Source: Bdellovibrionales bacterium (GTDB lineage Bacteria; Bdellovibrionota; Bdellovibrionia; Bdellovibrionales; UBA1609). Taken from it: a stretch of 64,000 bases of DNA. The stretch's first letter is position 1, and the number at the start of each line of letters is the position of its first letter. This document shows, in pieces, positions 38,072 through 47,385 of this stretch. The position numbers and the translations under genes were made by a program. A model generated the notes under the pieces. That model worked only from the letters and a program-made list of their open reading frames with translations, was not told where the DNA came from and did not search any database. The DNA is taken from contig JAWLHR010000001.1 of NCBI GenBank assembly GCA_041690295.1, positions 128,001-192,000 on the forward strand, read 5' to 3'.

Positions 38072-39370
38072 ATGTTTAAATCGAATTTAGTTATAAATTG
38101 GACGACTTTCGTCCTAGCATCCGGACTCATCTCCTGCGCTTCGGACAAATCCGACAAGGTCACTAAGGATGTATTTATTGCGCCGGCTCCGAAGATTGTA
38201 AAAAAAGAGGGCGCCGTTAGCCTTAAACAGTGGGACCAGTCCGAGCCGCGATACCTGGACCTACAGGATAGAATTGATCTTAGAGAATCTCGGGCTCAAA
38301 CCGCCATCTTATTTTCAAAGTGCACGCTGGGCGCGCGCCCGGTGGAGAGTTCCCTTCAATTTGACAATCCTGGCGAAATCAAAGTGTTGGAAATTCTTTC
38401 TCCCGAGGTTGTCGGAACGGATCTCAGCAAAACTCAGGTCACCTGCTCCATGGAGATTTCGTTATTAAACAAATTCAATTCGAAGCACGTCTTCATGATT
38501 CACTCCGTGGCGTTAACCGATAATTTCAATGCCGAAGCGAATCTTGAATTCAATAGTCAGTTTTATGCTCGGCCGGGCGCAAAGCTGAAGACGACGGATT
38601 TGGATAATGCTCGGATCCGAGCAAATGAACCTTTGGCCGGAGAAATATCGGTACACTGTGAAAAAGGGCACACAAACAAAATCCCATTCAATACTGTCGT
38701 GCCGATGTCAAACCTTGATTTCATTCGTATGGTGCCGACCGCGGCAAATGTTCACAACCCCTCTGGGCGATTTCCCATTCAAAGTTGTCGGGGCATCATC
38801 ACCGAAAACGGTATTCCAAAACTGATGACTCCCATTTTCGAACTGGAATTCGTTCGCGAACCCATGACCATTGCAACAAGTTACCCACGACCGAATCCCG
38901 CACAGGCCAGGGATTATCTTAAGACCGCTCACCCCTTTGTATTGGCCAAATTTGAAATATCCAATCCCAGCGATTATCCGAGAAATATCCAGTTTAGTAA
39001 AACCGGCCTTAAAGCTTATTTCTCCACAAGTTTTGGACATTCCTTCGAGTTCAATCGGACATTCTTGAGACCGCAGGAGGGAACAATCATTTCAGAAACC
39101 GAGTCACTCGCGATTTTGCAAATCGGCCCCGGAGCGAAGGCCGTTTTTACGTTAGAATACTTGCCACCCGCCAAATGGATTTGCCGTGCAATTCCAAACC
39201 CGTTAGGTAATGGAAGAATCAATTTCAAATACAATGTTTCCCTTCGCGTTCCAAGCGAGATTCAAGTTCAGGAAGTGCTTTCTGATAATTCAATTTACCG
39301 AAACCTGACCTTGAATTCCGGCCAACCCTTTAACTTTGGCAGTGACGGAACCGTCTGCGAATGGCATTAA
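38072..39370 (+). CDS. Hypothetical lipoprotein, beta-rich, visibly more AT-rich than neighbours
   Basis: GGAGG RBS; lipobox LISC. Confidence 0.7.
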   Translation: MFKSNLVINWTTFVLASGLISCASDKSDKVTKDVFIAPAPKIVKKEGAVSLKQWDQSEPRYLDLQDRIDLRESRAQTAILFSKCTLGARPVESSLQFDNPGEIKVLEILSPEVVGTDLSKTQVTCSMEISLLNKFNSKHVFMIHSVALTDNFNAEANLEFNSQFYARPGAKLKTTDLDNARIRANEPLAGEISVHCEKGHTNKIPFNTVVPMSNLDFIRMVPTAANVHNPSGRFPIQSCRGIITENGIPKLMTPIFELEFVREPMTIATSYPRPNPAQARDYLKTAHPFVLAKFEISNPSDYPRNIQFSKTGLKAYFSTSFGHSFEFNRTFLRPQEGTIISETESLAILQIGPGAKAVFTLEYLPPAKWICRAIPNPLGNGRINFKYNVSLRVPSEIQVQEVLSDNSIYRNLTLNSGQPFNFGSDGTVCEWH

Positions 39371-40059
39371 CGCGCGAGTTCGGCGTATCCGATCTTAAGA
39401 CCCTGGCGGATGAAGATGCTTTCAAACTGGGTGATGAAGTTGTGAGTGGCGTGCGGCGACCCGTGTAAATCATGGGTTGCCGAAATCACCCGGTAAGGGC
39501 TTTTTTCGAACCTCTCCAAAGACCAATTGAAATAATCCGCGCTATCGGTTTTGAAAAACAATTTTGAACCGGGTCGTTGGATGGCGAAGAGCCGCTCCAG
39601 GAATTCCCGTTGAATCAAACGATGTTTGTGGTTTCTTTGCTTTTCCCAAGGGTCGGGAAAGAAAATAAAAACATCGTTCACTTCTCCCTCGGAGAAAAGT
39701 TCAGGCAATAAATAAGCATTGTATCGGGCCACTCGCGCATTGCGGCCGCCACCGCGGATCACGCGGCGAATGGACTGGATCAGCGGTTTGTATTTAAGCT
39801 CAATACCCAAAACGCATCTTTCCGGATGGTTCAATGCATGGTGAGCGAAATGAAGGCCGTTCCCCGTGCCGATTTCCAAATCCATCGGCCTGGTTTCTTC
39901 CACGCCAAAGGCCTCCGATCGCCAGCGGCCCTTGAAGGTCGGCGCTTTTTCTTCGTCGAACGCCCATTCGGCGAAGTTTTGGTAAAGCGCCTGAATATAA
40001 GCGTTTGGCACGGGAATGGATTTCGTGCGGGAAAGTCGCAGTTGTCCGCTTCGAGACAT
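39367..40059 (-). CDS. trmB: tRNA (guanine-N7)-methyltransferase
   Basis: LEIGTGNG, FPDPW.K..HKHRL, KTD, TQFE. Confidence 0.93.
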   Translation of the reverse strand: MSRSGQLRLSRTKSIPVPNAYIQALYQNFAEWAFDEEKAPTFKGRWRSEAFGVEETRPMDLEIGTGNGLHFAHHALNHPERCVLGIELKYKPLIQSIRRVIRGGGRNARVARYNAYLLPELFSEGEVNDVFIFFPDPWEKQRNHKHRLIQREFLERLFAIQRPGSKLFFKTDSADYFNWSLERFEKSPYRVISATHDLHGSPHATHNFITQFESIFIRQGLKIGYAELAR

Positions 40060-40163
40060 GCGGATCAGCTACCAGCATGAGATGCAACGAGTCAAGGCTG
40101 GGTTGCCTCGCTCTTAAGAATCTGAGTATTGGTACCAACAAACCCACACATAGGAGTACCTAA

Positions 40164-41810
40164 ATGCGCCTGGGCCTTGCCGCCTTTTTATTATTGTGGA
40201 CCGCCGCCACTCATGCGGTTCCCATTCAAGGTCATAAAATTCTGATCTCCGGCGCGAGTCCGGAGGCCGTTCAAGCCGGGCGCAAAATCGCATTGGCGGG
40301 CGGCAACGCGGTCGACGTGGCCATCACCGTGGCGCTCACCATGAGCGTGACGTCGCCTTATTTCGCTTCGCTCGGCGGCGGCGGGTTCGCGCTGGTGAAA
40401 ATGGACAAAGATGTTGAAGCGTTGGATTTTCGCGAAGTCGCGCCGGGCGCCACCGGTCCCGATTACTATCTCAAACTCTCCGCGAAGGCTTCCACCCACG
40501 GCGGGCATGCCGTGGCCGTTCCGGGTATTCCGGCGGGATATTTTGAACTTCATAAAAAATACGGCAAGCTTCCCTGGTCGCGTTTGTTCAGCGAACCCTT
40601 ACGACTGGCGCGGCAAGGCTTTCCCGTCAGCGGCGAATGGGTCCGCAAGACAAAGAGACAAAAGGAGAAGTTCAATGCTTCAGGTCTCAAACGCTTTTTC
40701 AAGAAGGGCGCGGTTGATTACAAGCCCGGCGAAATTCTGCGCCAACCGGAATTAGCTAAAGCCCTCAGCCGATTCCGCGATCGCAAAATGAGCGGCTTTT
40801 ACAGCGGCACCGTGGCTGAAGACATCGTTAAAAGTGTGAAGGCCGCCGGCGGAAACATGACCCTCGTGGATCTGAAAAATTATAAAGTTCGCTGGCTGAA
40901 GCCCCTAAGCACCACATTCGAGGGACACACGGTTTTTGTCATGCCACCGCCCAGTTCCGGCGGCGTGCTGATGATTTCCGGATTGAAAATGATCGAGCGC
41001 CTGAACGTGAAGTCCAAAGGCGCGTTGTCGGTCGACGAGTTCCATCTCCTCGGCGAAATTCAGGCGCGCATCTTCCGCGGCCGCGCTTTATTGGGTGATC
41101 CTGACTTCACCGATTTGCCCATCGCCCGCCTGACTTCCGACGCCTACGCCGACGAGTTGGTTAAGTCATTGAATCCCAAAAAAGCCGTCGCCCTTAAGCC
41201 GTTGACGGAATCCGACATGATGGTCACCGAATCCAACGAGACCACCCATCTTTCCGTGCTCGACAAAGACGGACGGGCCGTGGCCATGACTATCACTTTG
41301 AACGGCGACTACGGCTCCGGAGTCGTCTCCGACAAATTCGGTATCGCTTTGAACAATGAAATGGATGACTTCACCACCCGCCCGGGCGAACCCAATATGT
41401 TCGGGCTGGTGCAAGGCATGGCCAATAAGGTCGAACCGGGTAAGCGCCCGCTCAGTAGCATGAGCCCGACTTTGGTGATCAAAGACGGCAAAACCGTCAT
41501 GGCCATCGGCGCCCCCGGCGGCCCTCGAATCATCTCGAGCGTCTTTCAAGTCCTCTACCGTGTACTTGCCCACAAATCCGACGTGGACCTGGCGGTGCAA
41601 GCGCCTCGCGTGCACCATCAATTTCTCCCCAATAAACTCTTCGTCGACGAAGGCCGCTTTTCCCCCGAAATTTTGCAAGGCCTTCGATCGCGCGGGCATG
41701 AAATCGAAAACGGGTGGATGGGTCGCGTTTACCTAGTCAAACTTCGGGATGACGGATTGCTTGAAGGCGCCTTTGATTCCCGGGGCGAAGGATCAGTCGG
41801 CGGTATTTGA
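40164..41810 (+). CDS. ggt: Gamma-glutamyltransferase
   Basis: GGNAVD, ETTHLS (nucleophile Thr), NNEMDDF, PLSSMSP, GAPGG. Confidence 0.96.
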   Translation: MRLGLAAFLLLWTAATHAVPIQGHKILISGASPEAVQAGRKIALAGGNAVDVAITVALTMSVTSPYFASLGGGGFALVKMDKDVEALDFREVAPGATGPDYYLKLSAKASTHGGHAVAVPGIPAGYFELHKKYGKLPWSRLFSEPLRLARQGFPVSGEWVRKTKRQKEKFNASGLKRFFKKGAVDYKPGEILRQPELAKALSRFRDRKMSGFYSGTVAEDIVKSVKAAGGNMTLVDLKNYKVRWLKPLSTTFEGHTVFVMPPPSSGGVLMISGLKMIERLNVKSKGALSVDEFHLLGEIQARIFRGRALLGDPDFTDLPIARLTSDAYADELVKSLNPKKAVALKPLTESDMMVTESNETTHLSVLDKDGRAVAMTITLNGDYGSGVVSDKFGIALNNEMDDFTTRPGEPNMFGLVQGMANKVEPGKRPLSSMSPTLVIKDGKTVMAIGAPGGPRIISSVFQVLYRVLAHKSDVDLAVQAPRVHHQFLPNKLFVDEGRFSPEILQGLRSRGHEIENGWMGRVYLVKLRDDGLLEGAFDSRGEGSVGGI

Positions 41811-42758
41811 TTTCGGCTCTTCCTTGGCGAAATCGTAAACTTCCACGCGGTTGCGGCCGTTGGCTTTGGCGGCATAAAGCGCGCGATCGGCGCAGCGAAC
41901 CAAATGACGGGCATCGATGTCCACTTCATTGGGATTGGCCAGCGCCAAACCCAGCGAAGCCGTGAGCTTCATGGAATCTTTGTCGTTTTGGAATGTGGTC
42001 TCCGCGATTTTACCACGCAACCGATTGGCGAAGGTTTTCGCTCCGTCGAGGGAAATCTCCGTCAGTACGATCAAAAATTCATCGCCCCCGTAACGGGCGC
42101 CGAAATCCACCCGGCGGATATTCGTGCGGATGATTTTTCCAACTTCACTTAAAACGAAACTTCCGAACAAGTGATCGTGTTGGTCATTCACTTTTTTAAA
42201 GTGATCCAAATCCATCATGATGGCCGAAACCGAGCGGTTATAACGGCGGGCGCGCTCGATCTCGAAATCCAACCGCTTATAAAGCGAGCGCATATTGAAT
42301 AGCCCGGTCAGATCATCTATATCGACCAGCTCTTTGAGCCGCTCATTGGCTCGTTTCAAATTGTCATTCAAGTCCTTAATGCGAAGTTGCGAGCGGACCC
42401 GGGACATCAACTCCATCACATCAAAGGGCTTACAAACGTAATCGTCGGCGCCGGCGTCGAGCCCACGAACAATATCATCCCGCATGCAGTCGGCGGAAAC
42501 GAAGATCACCGACACATACTCATCGCGAACGCGCAATCTCGCCAGCGTCTCAATGCCGTTCAGTCCGGGCATGTTCACGTCGAGCAAGACCAAATGCGGT
42601 GACCATTCGTTAAGGATTCTTAGACCTTCATGGCCCGATTCGGCTTGGCGAACCTGATACCCTTCGTACTCGAGGGCCTTGGCCACGATCGCGCGCGTGG
42701 ATGTGTCGTCATCCACCACTAGAATTCGTCTCTGGCTGTTTTCGATAAGCTCGGCCAA
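41793..42758 (-). CDS. Response-regulator diguanylate cyclase (REC-GGDEF)
   Basis: VVDDD/LLDVNMP/KPF; RRVD I-site; RYGGDEF. Confidence 0.95.
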   Translation of the reverse strand: MAELIENSQRRILVVDDDTSTRAIVAKALEYEGYQVRQAESGHEGLRILNEWSPHLVLLDVNMPGLNGIETLARLRVRDEYVSVIFVSADCMRDDIVRGLDAGADDYVCKPFDVMELMSRVRSQLRIKDLNDNLKRANERLKELVDIDDLTGLFNMRSLYKRLDFEIERARRYNRSVSAIMMDLDHFKKVNDQHDHLFGSFVLSEVGKIIRTNIRRVDFGARYGGDEFLIVLTEISLDGAKTFANRLRGKIAETTFQNDKDSMKLTASLGLALANPNEVDIDARHLVRCADRALYAAKANGRNRVEVYDFAKEEPKSNTAD

Positions 42759-42760
42759 CC

Positions 42761-44878
42761 TTATTCCTTTATTCCTTCTACCATTAAAATAAACGCGAAC
42801 TGCTTAGCCAAGGTCTTTAGGGCCTCAAACCGGCCCGAAGCCCCGGAATGACCCGCGTCCATCTCAGTATAAAATAAGAGAAGGTTATTGTCGGTTTTTA
42901 ATTCACGCAGCTTCGCCACCCATTTGGCCGGCTCCCAATACTGGACCTGGGAATCATGGTAACCGGTGGTCACGAAAATATTCGGGTAGTCCTTGGCCTC
43001 GACGTTGTCATAAGGCGAGTACTGCCGCATGTACATGTATTGTTCCCGATTCCGCGGATCCCCCCATTCATTGTACTCGCCGGTTGTCAGCGGGATCGAT
43101 TCGTCCAACATGGTTGTGAGGACATCCACGAAAGGAACGGCCGCGTTCACACTTTTGGCCAGGTCAGGCCGCAGGTTCATGACCGCGCCCATCAATAAAC
43201 CGCCGGCGCTTCCGCCCATCATGTGCACGTGCTCGGCCGAGGTGTAACCGTCTTCGATCAATTTTTCCGTGGCGGCGATGAAGTCGGTGAAGGTGTTCAT
43301 TTTATGTTGCAACCGCCCCTGCTCGTACCAATCGCGGCCCATTTCCGAGCCGCCACGGATATGCGGTTGGGCATATACAAATCCCCGATCCACCAATGAA
43401 AAAATCGCGCTCCAGAAATTCACGGTGTTGCTGATGCCATAGGAGCCGTAACCGTAAATCAGGGCCGGATTTTTTCCGTTGAGAGGCGTCCCCTTCTTGA
43501 GCAATACGGAAATCGGAATCCGCGCGCCGTCTTTGGCCGTAGCCCACACGCGCCGGGCTTCGTATTTTGTTTTGTCGTAGCCGGGAACTTCTTTTTCTTT
43601 TTTCAGCTCACGTTCGCCGGTGGCGAAATCTTCGTCGTAAACCGCCGGCGGCTGCACGAAGGATTCGTAATAAAAGCGAAAATTCTTGCTTTCAAATTCG
43701 GGCAAATCGCCCATTTCGACCTCGTAGACCGGATCGGCAAAGGAAACCAGCCGCTGCGAACCGGTCGACCGGTCGAAAATGCGCAGCTGCGTGAGGCCGC
43801 TTTGGCGTTCGCTGACCACGAGATGGGTTTTGTAAGCGGACACACCCTCGCGGAAAATCAGTTCATCGTGGGCGATCACGTCCTTCCACTCGTTCTTACC
43901 GCGCGCATTAAAGGGCGCCTCCATAATCCGGAAGTTCTTGGCTTGCCAGTTGGTCAAAATGTAAAGGCGGTCGCCGCCGCTTTCGAGCGAGTATTCGTGG
44001 CCCATTTCGCGGGGAAGAAAAATCCGCCATTGCCCCTTGGGGTTATTGGCTTCCAAAATCCGCCATTCCGCCGAATCCCGCTTGGTGCTGGCGATAAAAA
44101 GATGTTTATGGTCCCGCGAGGCCGTCACCGCGACATTGAAGGTGGTGTCCGCTTCCTCGTAAACCAATTGGGGAACCTCACCGGTCCCCAGCTCATATCG
44201 ATAGACCTGGTAAGCACGCAGCGTTTCCGGGTCCTGCTTAACGAAAAACAAAGTCTTGTTATCCGCCGCCCACACAAAGTTCGGCGTCACGGCCTGAATG
44301 CGGTCGGCTAATTTCCGGTCACTATCCATGTCTTTGATGTGTATGTCGTAGATCCGCCGCCCCACCGTGTCCACGGCGTAAGCCAAAAGCCGGTGATCGG
44401 GCGAGGGCGCCGCCTCGCCGACCTGGAAATAAGCGTGCCCTTTGGCTTCCACGTTTTCGTCAAGGATCACCTGCTCTTTGGCATCAAGCGATCCGGCCTT
44501 ACGAACATGAATGGGATACTCCTGACCCTTAGCGAAGCGGTAGTAGTAGTAATAAGGGCCGTCTTTGACCGGAACCGAATCGTCATCTTCTTTGATTCGC
44601 GAGCGCATTTCCCAGTACAGCTTTTGCTCAAGGTCACGCACGGGCGCCAAAGCCTGCGCCACGCGCTCATTTTCCTGGCGAAGATACTCTAAAACCGGTT
44701 CTGAATCCCGCTCGCGCATCCAAAAGTAGTTGTCGATCCGTTTGTCGCCATGAATCTCAAGAACATGCGGGCGTTTCATTGCCGGTTTGAACATGATTTC
44801 CGATCCTTTCCTATGGCTCAGAAGAAAGCCAAAAATGATTCCAACGATGAGAAGGAAAATGAGCTTTTTTGAAGTCAC
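42761..44878 (-). CDS. ptrB: Oligopeptidase B (S9A) with N-terminal signal/anchor
   Basis: DNYFWMR, GGSAGG, DSQVQYWEPAKW, AGH. Confidence 0.93.
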   Translation of the reverse strand: MTSKKLIFLLIVGIIFGFLLSHRKGSEIMFKPAMKRPHVLEIHGDKRIDNYFWMRERDSEPVLEYLRQENERVAQALAPVRDLEQKLYWEMRSRIKEDDDSVPVKDGPYYYYYRFAKGQEYPIHVRKAGSLDAKEQVILDENVEAKGHAYFQVGEAAPSPDHRLLAYAVDTVGRRIYDIHIKDMDSDRKLADRIQAVTPNFVWAADNKTLFFVKQDPETLRAYQVYRYELGTGEVPQLVYEEADTTFNVAVTASRDHKHLFIASTKRDSAEWRILEANNPKGQWRIFLPREMGHEYSLESGGDRLYILTNWQAKNFRIMEAPFNARGKNEWKDVIAHDELIFREGVSAYKTHLVVSERQSGLTQLRIFDRSTGSQRLVSFADPVYEVEMGDLPEFESKNFRFYYESFVQPPAVYDEDFATGERELKKEKEVPGYDKTKYEARRVWATAKDGARIPISVLLKKGTPLNGKNPALIYGYGSYGISNTVNFWSAIFSLVDRGFVYAQPHIRGGSEMGRDWYEQGRLQHKMNTFTDFIAATEKLIEDGYTSAEHVHMMGGSAGGLLMGAVMNLRPDLAKSVNAAVPFVDVLTTMLDESIPLTTGEYNEWGDPRNREQYMYMRQYSPYDNVEAKDYPNIFVTTGYHDSQVQYWEPAKWVAKLRELKTDNNLLLFYTEMDAGHSGASGRFEALKTLAKQFAFILMVEGIKE

Positions 44879-44955
44879 TCGGGCCGATCCTCGTGGTTCC
44901 CGAATTTTAAGTCAATTTGTTGACTCCTAGCATCGCGTCCTATATTCCCGAGCCA

Positions 44956-47376
44956 ATGTCATACCCTCATCTTGAAATCGATCAGAAGTGGCAACTCGCT
45001 TGGGAAAAGTCCGAATGCTTTAAAGCATCCGACGATACCAGCAAACCGAAATACTACGTCTTGGACATGTTCCCTTACCCGTCGGGCGCGGGTCTTCACA
45101 TCGGGCATGTCGCCTCGTACACGCCAACGGATATCGTGGCCCGCTATAAGCGCGCCCAAGGATTCAACGTCCTTCACCCGATGGGCTACGATGCGTTCGG
45201 ATTGCCCGCCGAGCAGTACGCCATTCAAACCGGCATTCATCCGGCGGAAACGACGAACAAGGCGATCACCAATTTTCGCCGCCAGTTGAAATCGTTCGGC
45301 TACAGTTTCGACTGGAGCCGCGAGATCTCCACCTGTGAACCCGAATACTACAAATGGACCCAGTATCTGTTTTTGAAACTCTTCGAGCGCGGCTTGGTTT
45401 ATGAAAAAGAAGCGCCGGTGAATTGGTGCCCCGCCTTGCGGACGGTTCTGGCCAATGACGAAGTGATCGACGGAAAAAGCGAACGGGGCGGCCACCCCGT
45501 GTACCGCGTGCCCATGAAACAGTGGATGATCAAGATCACCGCCTACGCCGAACGCTTACTTGAAGGTTTGGATCGTTTGGACTGGCCGGAACGCACCAAA
45601 GAGGGGCAGCGGAATTGGATCGGCAAAAGCGAAGGCGCGGAGATCCGCTTTCCCATTGAAAACCGTAACGAAAAACTCGAGGTCTTCACCACCCGTCCGG
45701 ACACGATCTTTGGCGCGACATTCATGGTCCTTGCGCCTGAACACCCGCTGGTCAGTCAGATCACCGTCCCCGAACAGAAGAAAGCGGTCACGGAGTATGT
45801 GGAACGCTCCTCGCGTAAGAGCGAAGTGGATCGCAAAGCCGCCACTGAAAAAACCGGCGTTTTCACGGGCGCCTACGCTCTCAACCCGATGCTGCCGGCC
45901 AACGACGCCAAGGCCCGAATTCCGATTTGGGTGGCCGATTACGTTCTCATGGATTACGGATCCGGCGCCATCATGGCGGTTCCCGGTCATGACGAACGGG
46001 ATTTCGCCTTCGCCAAGGCGTTCAATCTGCCGGTTCTCCGGGTCATCGAGAGCCAAGAAGATCTGCCCTATGAAGGCGACGGCAAGTTGGTGAACTCGGA
46101 ATTTCTTAACGGGCTGAATAAGGCCGAAGCCATCGCCAAGATGATCGAGGAACTCGAACGGCGCGAACTCGGGCGGCGCAAAGTTCAGTACAAACTGCGC
46201 GATTGGTTGTTTTCGCGCCAAAGATACTGGGGTGAGCCCTTTCCCCTGGTGCGGATGGAAAAATCCGGCCTTAAGGGCGTTTCCGAAGATGAACTCCCCG
46301 TCCTGCTGCCGCCGGTGGCCGATTATCAGCCGAGTGAAAAAGGTGAGCCGCCGCTCGCCCGGGTGAAGGAATTCGTCGAGTACGTCGATCCGAAAACCGG
46401 CGAACGCGGTGAGCGCGTGACCGACACCATGCCGGGTTCGGCGGGGTCGTCCTGGTATTTCCTGCGCTACGTGGACCCGCGAAACGACAAAAAACCCTTC
46501 GACTTCGAGCTGCAAAAGTATTGGATGCCGGTTGATCTCTACGTCGGCGGACCCGAACACACGGTGGGGCATTTGCTCTATGCGCGGTTCTGGCAAAAAG
46601 TTTTGTACGATGCGGGATTGGTGAGCCATGACGAGCCTTTCATGAAACTGGCCCACCAAGGCACCATCATGGGGCCGGACGGCCAACGCATGTCCAAATC
46701 ACGCGGGAACGTCGTCAATCCTGACGACGTGCGGGAAAATTACGGCAGTGATGCGCTTCGCATGTACATCTGCTTTCTCGGCCCCTTTGACAAAGACAAG
46801 CCCTGGAATCCAGCCGGCATCACCGGTGTGCGTCGCTTTCTGGAGCGGGTTTGGCGTTTGGTGGTGGCCGACGACGGCTCCACCCAGAAATTCGATGACG
46901 GCGCGGTTCCTGAAGAATTGAACCGACAGCTCCATAAAACCATCAAAAAAGTCGGCGAACACATTGAGAGCATGAATTTCAATACGGCCATCGCGGCCAT
47001 GATGGAATTGGTGAACGCGATTTACGAAACCGGAAACCGGTCCAAAGCGATTCTCCGGCCGCTTTGCCAGATTCTCGCGCCCTTCGGCCCACATATCGCT
47101 GAAGAACTGTGGGAACGCCTGGGAGAAAAAGGGTTCGTGTCGCTCGCGCCCTGGCCGAAATACGATCCGGCGCTGATCACGGAAGACGAAGTCACGATCG
47201 GCGTACAGGTCAACGGCAAGACTCGCGGTGACATCACGATCCCCAAAGAAGCCTCGGAAGAGGTGGCCCTCAATGCCGCCAAAAAAATTAACGCTGTGAA
47301 GAACGCTTTGGATGGAAAAACAGTTGCAAAGGTGATCTATAAGCCCGGTAAGATTCTTAACATTATTGTTAAGTGA
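44956..47376 (+). CDS. leuS: Leucine--tRNA ligase
   Basis: MFPYPSG..HIGH, FTTRPDT, DWLFSRQRYWG, RMSKS. Confidence 0.98.
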   Translation: MSYPHLEIDQKWQLAWEKSECFKASDDTSKPKYYVLDMFPYPSGAGLHIGHVASYTPTDIVARYKRAQGFNVLHPMGYDAFGLPAEQYAIQTGIHPAETTNKAITNFRRQLKSFGYSFDWSREISTCEPEYYKWTQYLFLKLFERGLVYEKEAPVNWCPALRTVLANDEVIDGKSERGGHPVYRVPMKQWMIKITAYAERLLEGLDRLDWPERTKEGQRNWIGKSEGAEIRFPIENRNEKLEVFTTRPDTIFGATFMVLAPEHPLVSQITVPEQKKAVTEYVERSSRKSEVDRKAATEKTGVFTGAYALNPMLPANDAKARIPIWVADYVLMDYGSGAIMAVPGHDERDFAFAKAFNLPVLRVIESQEDLPYEGDGKLVNSEFLNGLNKAEAIAKMIEELERRELGRRKVQYKLRDWLFSRQRYWGEPFPLVRMEKSGLKGVSEDELPVLLPPVADYQPSEKGEPPLARVKEFVEYVDPKTGERGERVTDTMPGSAGSSWYFLRYVDPRNDKKPFDFELQKYWMPVDLYVGGPEHTVGHLLYARFWQKVLYDAGLVSHDEPFMKLAHQGTIMGPDGQRMSKSRGNVVNPDDVRENYGSDALRMYICFLGPFDKDKPWNPAGITGVRRFLERVWRLVVADDGSTQKFDDGAVPEELNRQLHKTIKKVGEHIESMNFNTAIAAMMELVNAIYETGNRSKAILRPLCQILAPFGPHIAEELWERLGEKGFVSLAPWPKYDPALITEDEVTIGVQVNGKTRGDITIPKEASEEVALNAAKKINAVKNALDGKTVAKVIYKPGKILNIIVK

Positions 47377-47385
47377 GGAAAGCGT

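Noticed and set aside
45556..46686. 376-aa minus-strand ORF (likewise 60866-61771, 28559-29437, 1881-2753)
   Set aside because: Antisense to well-supported genes; no protein-like features
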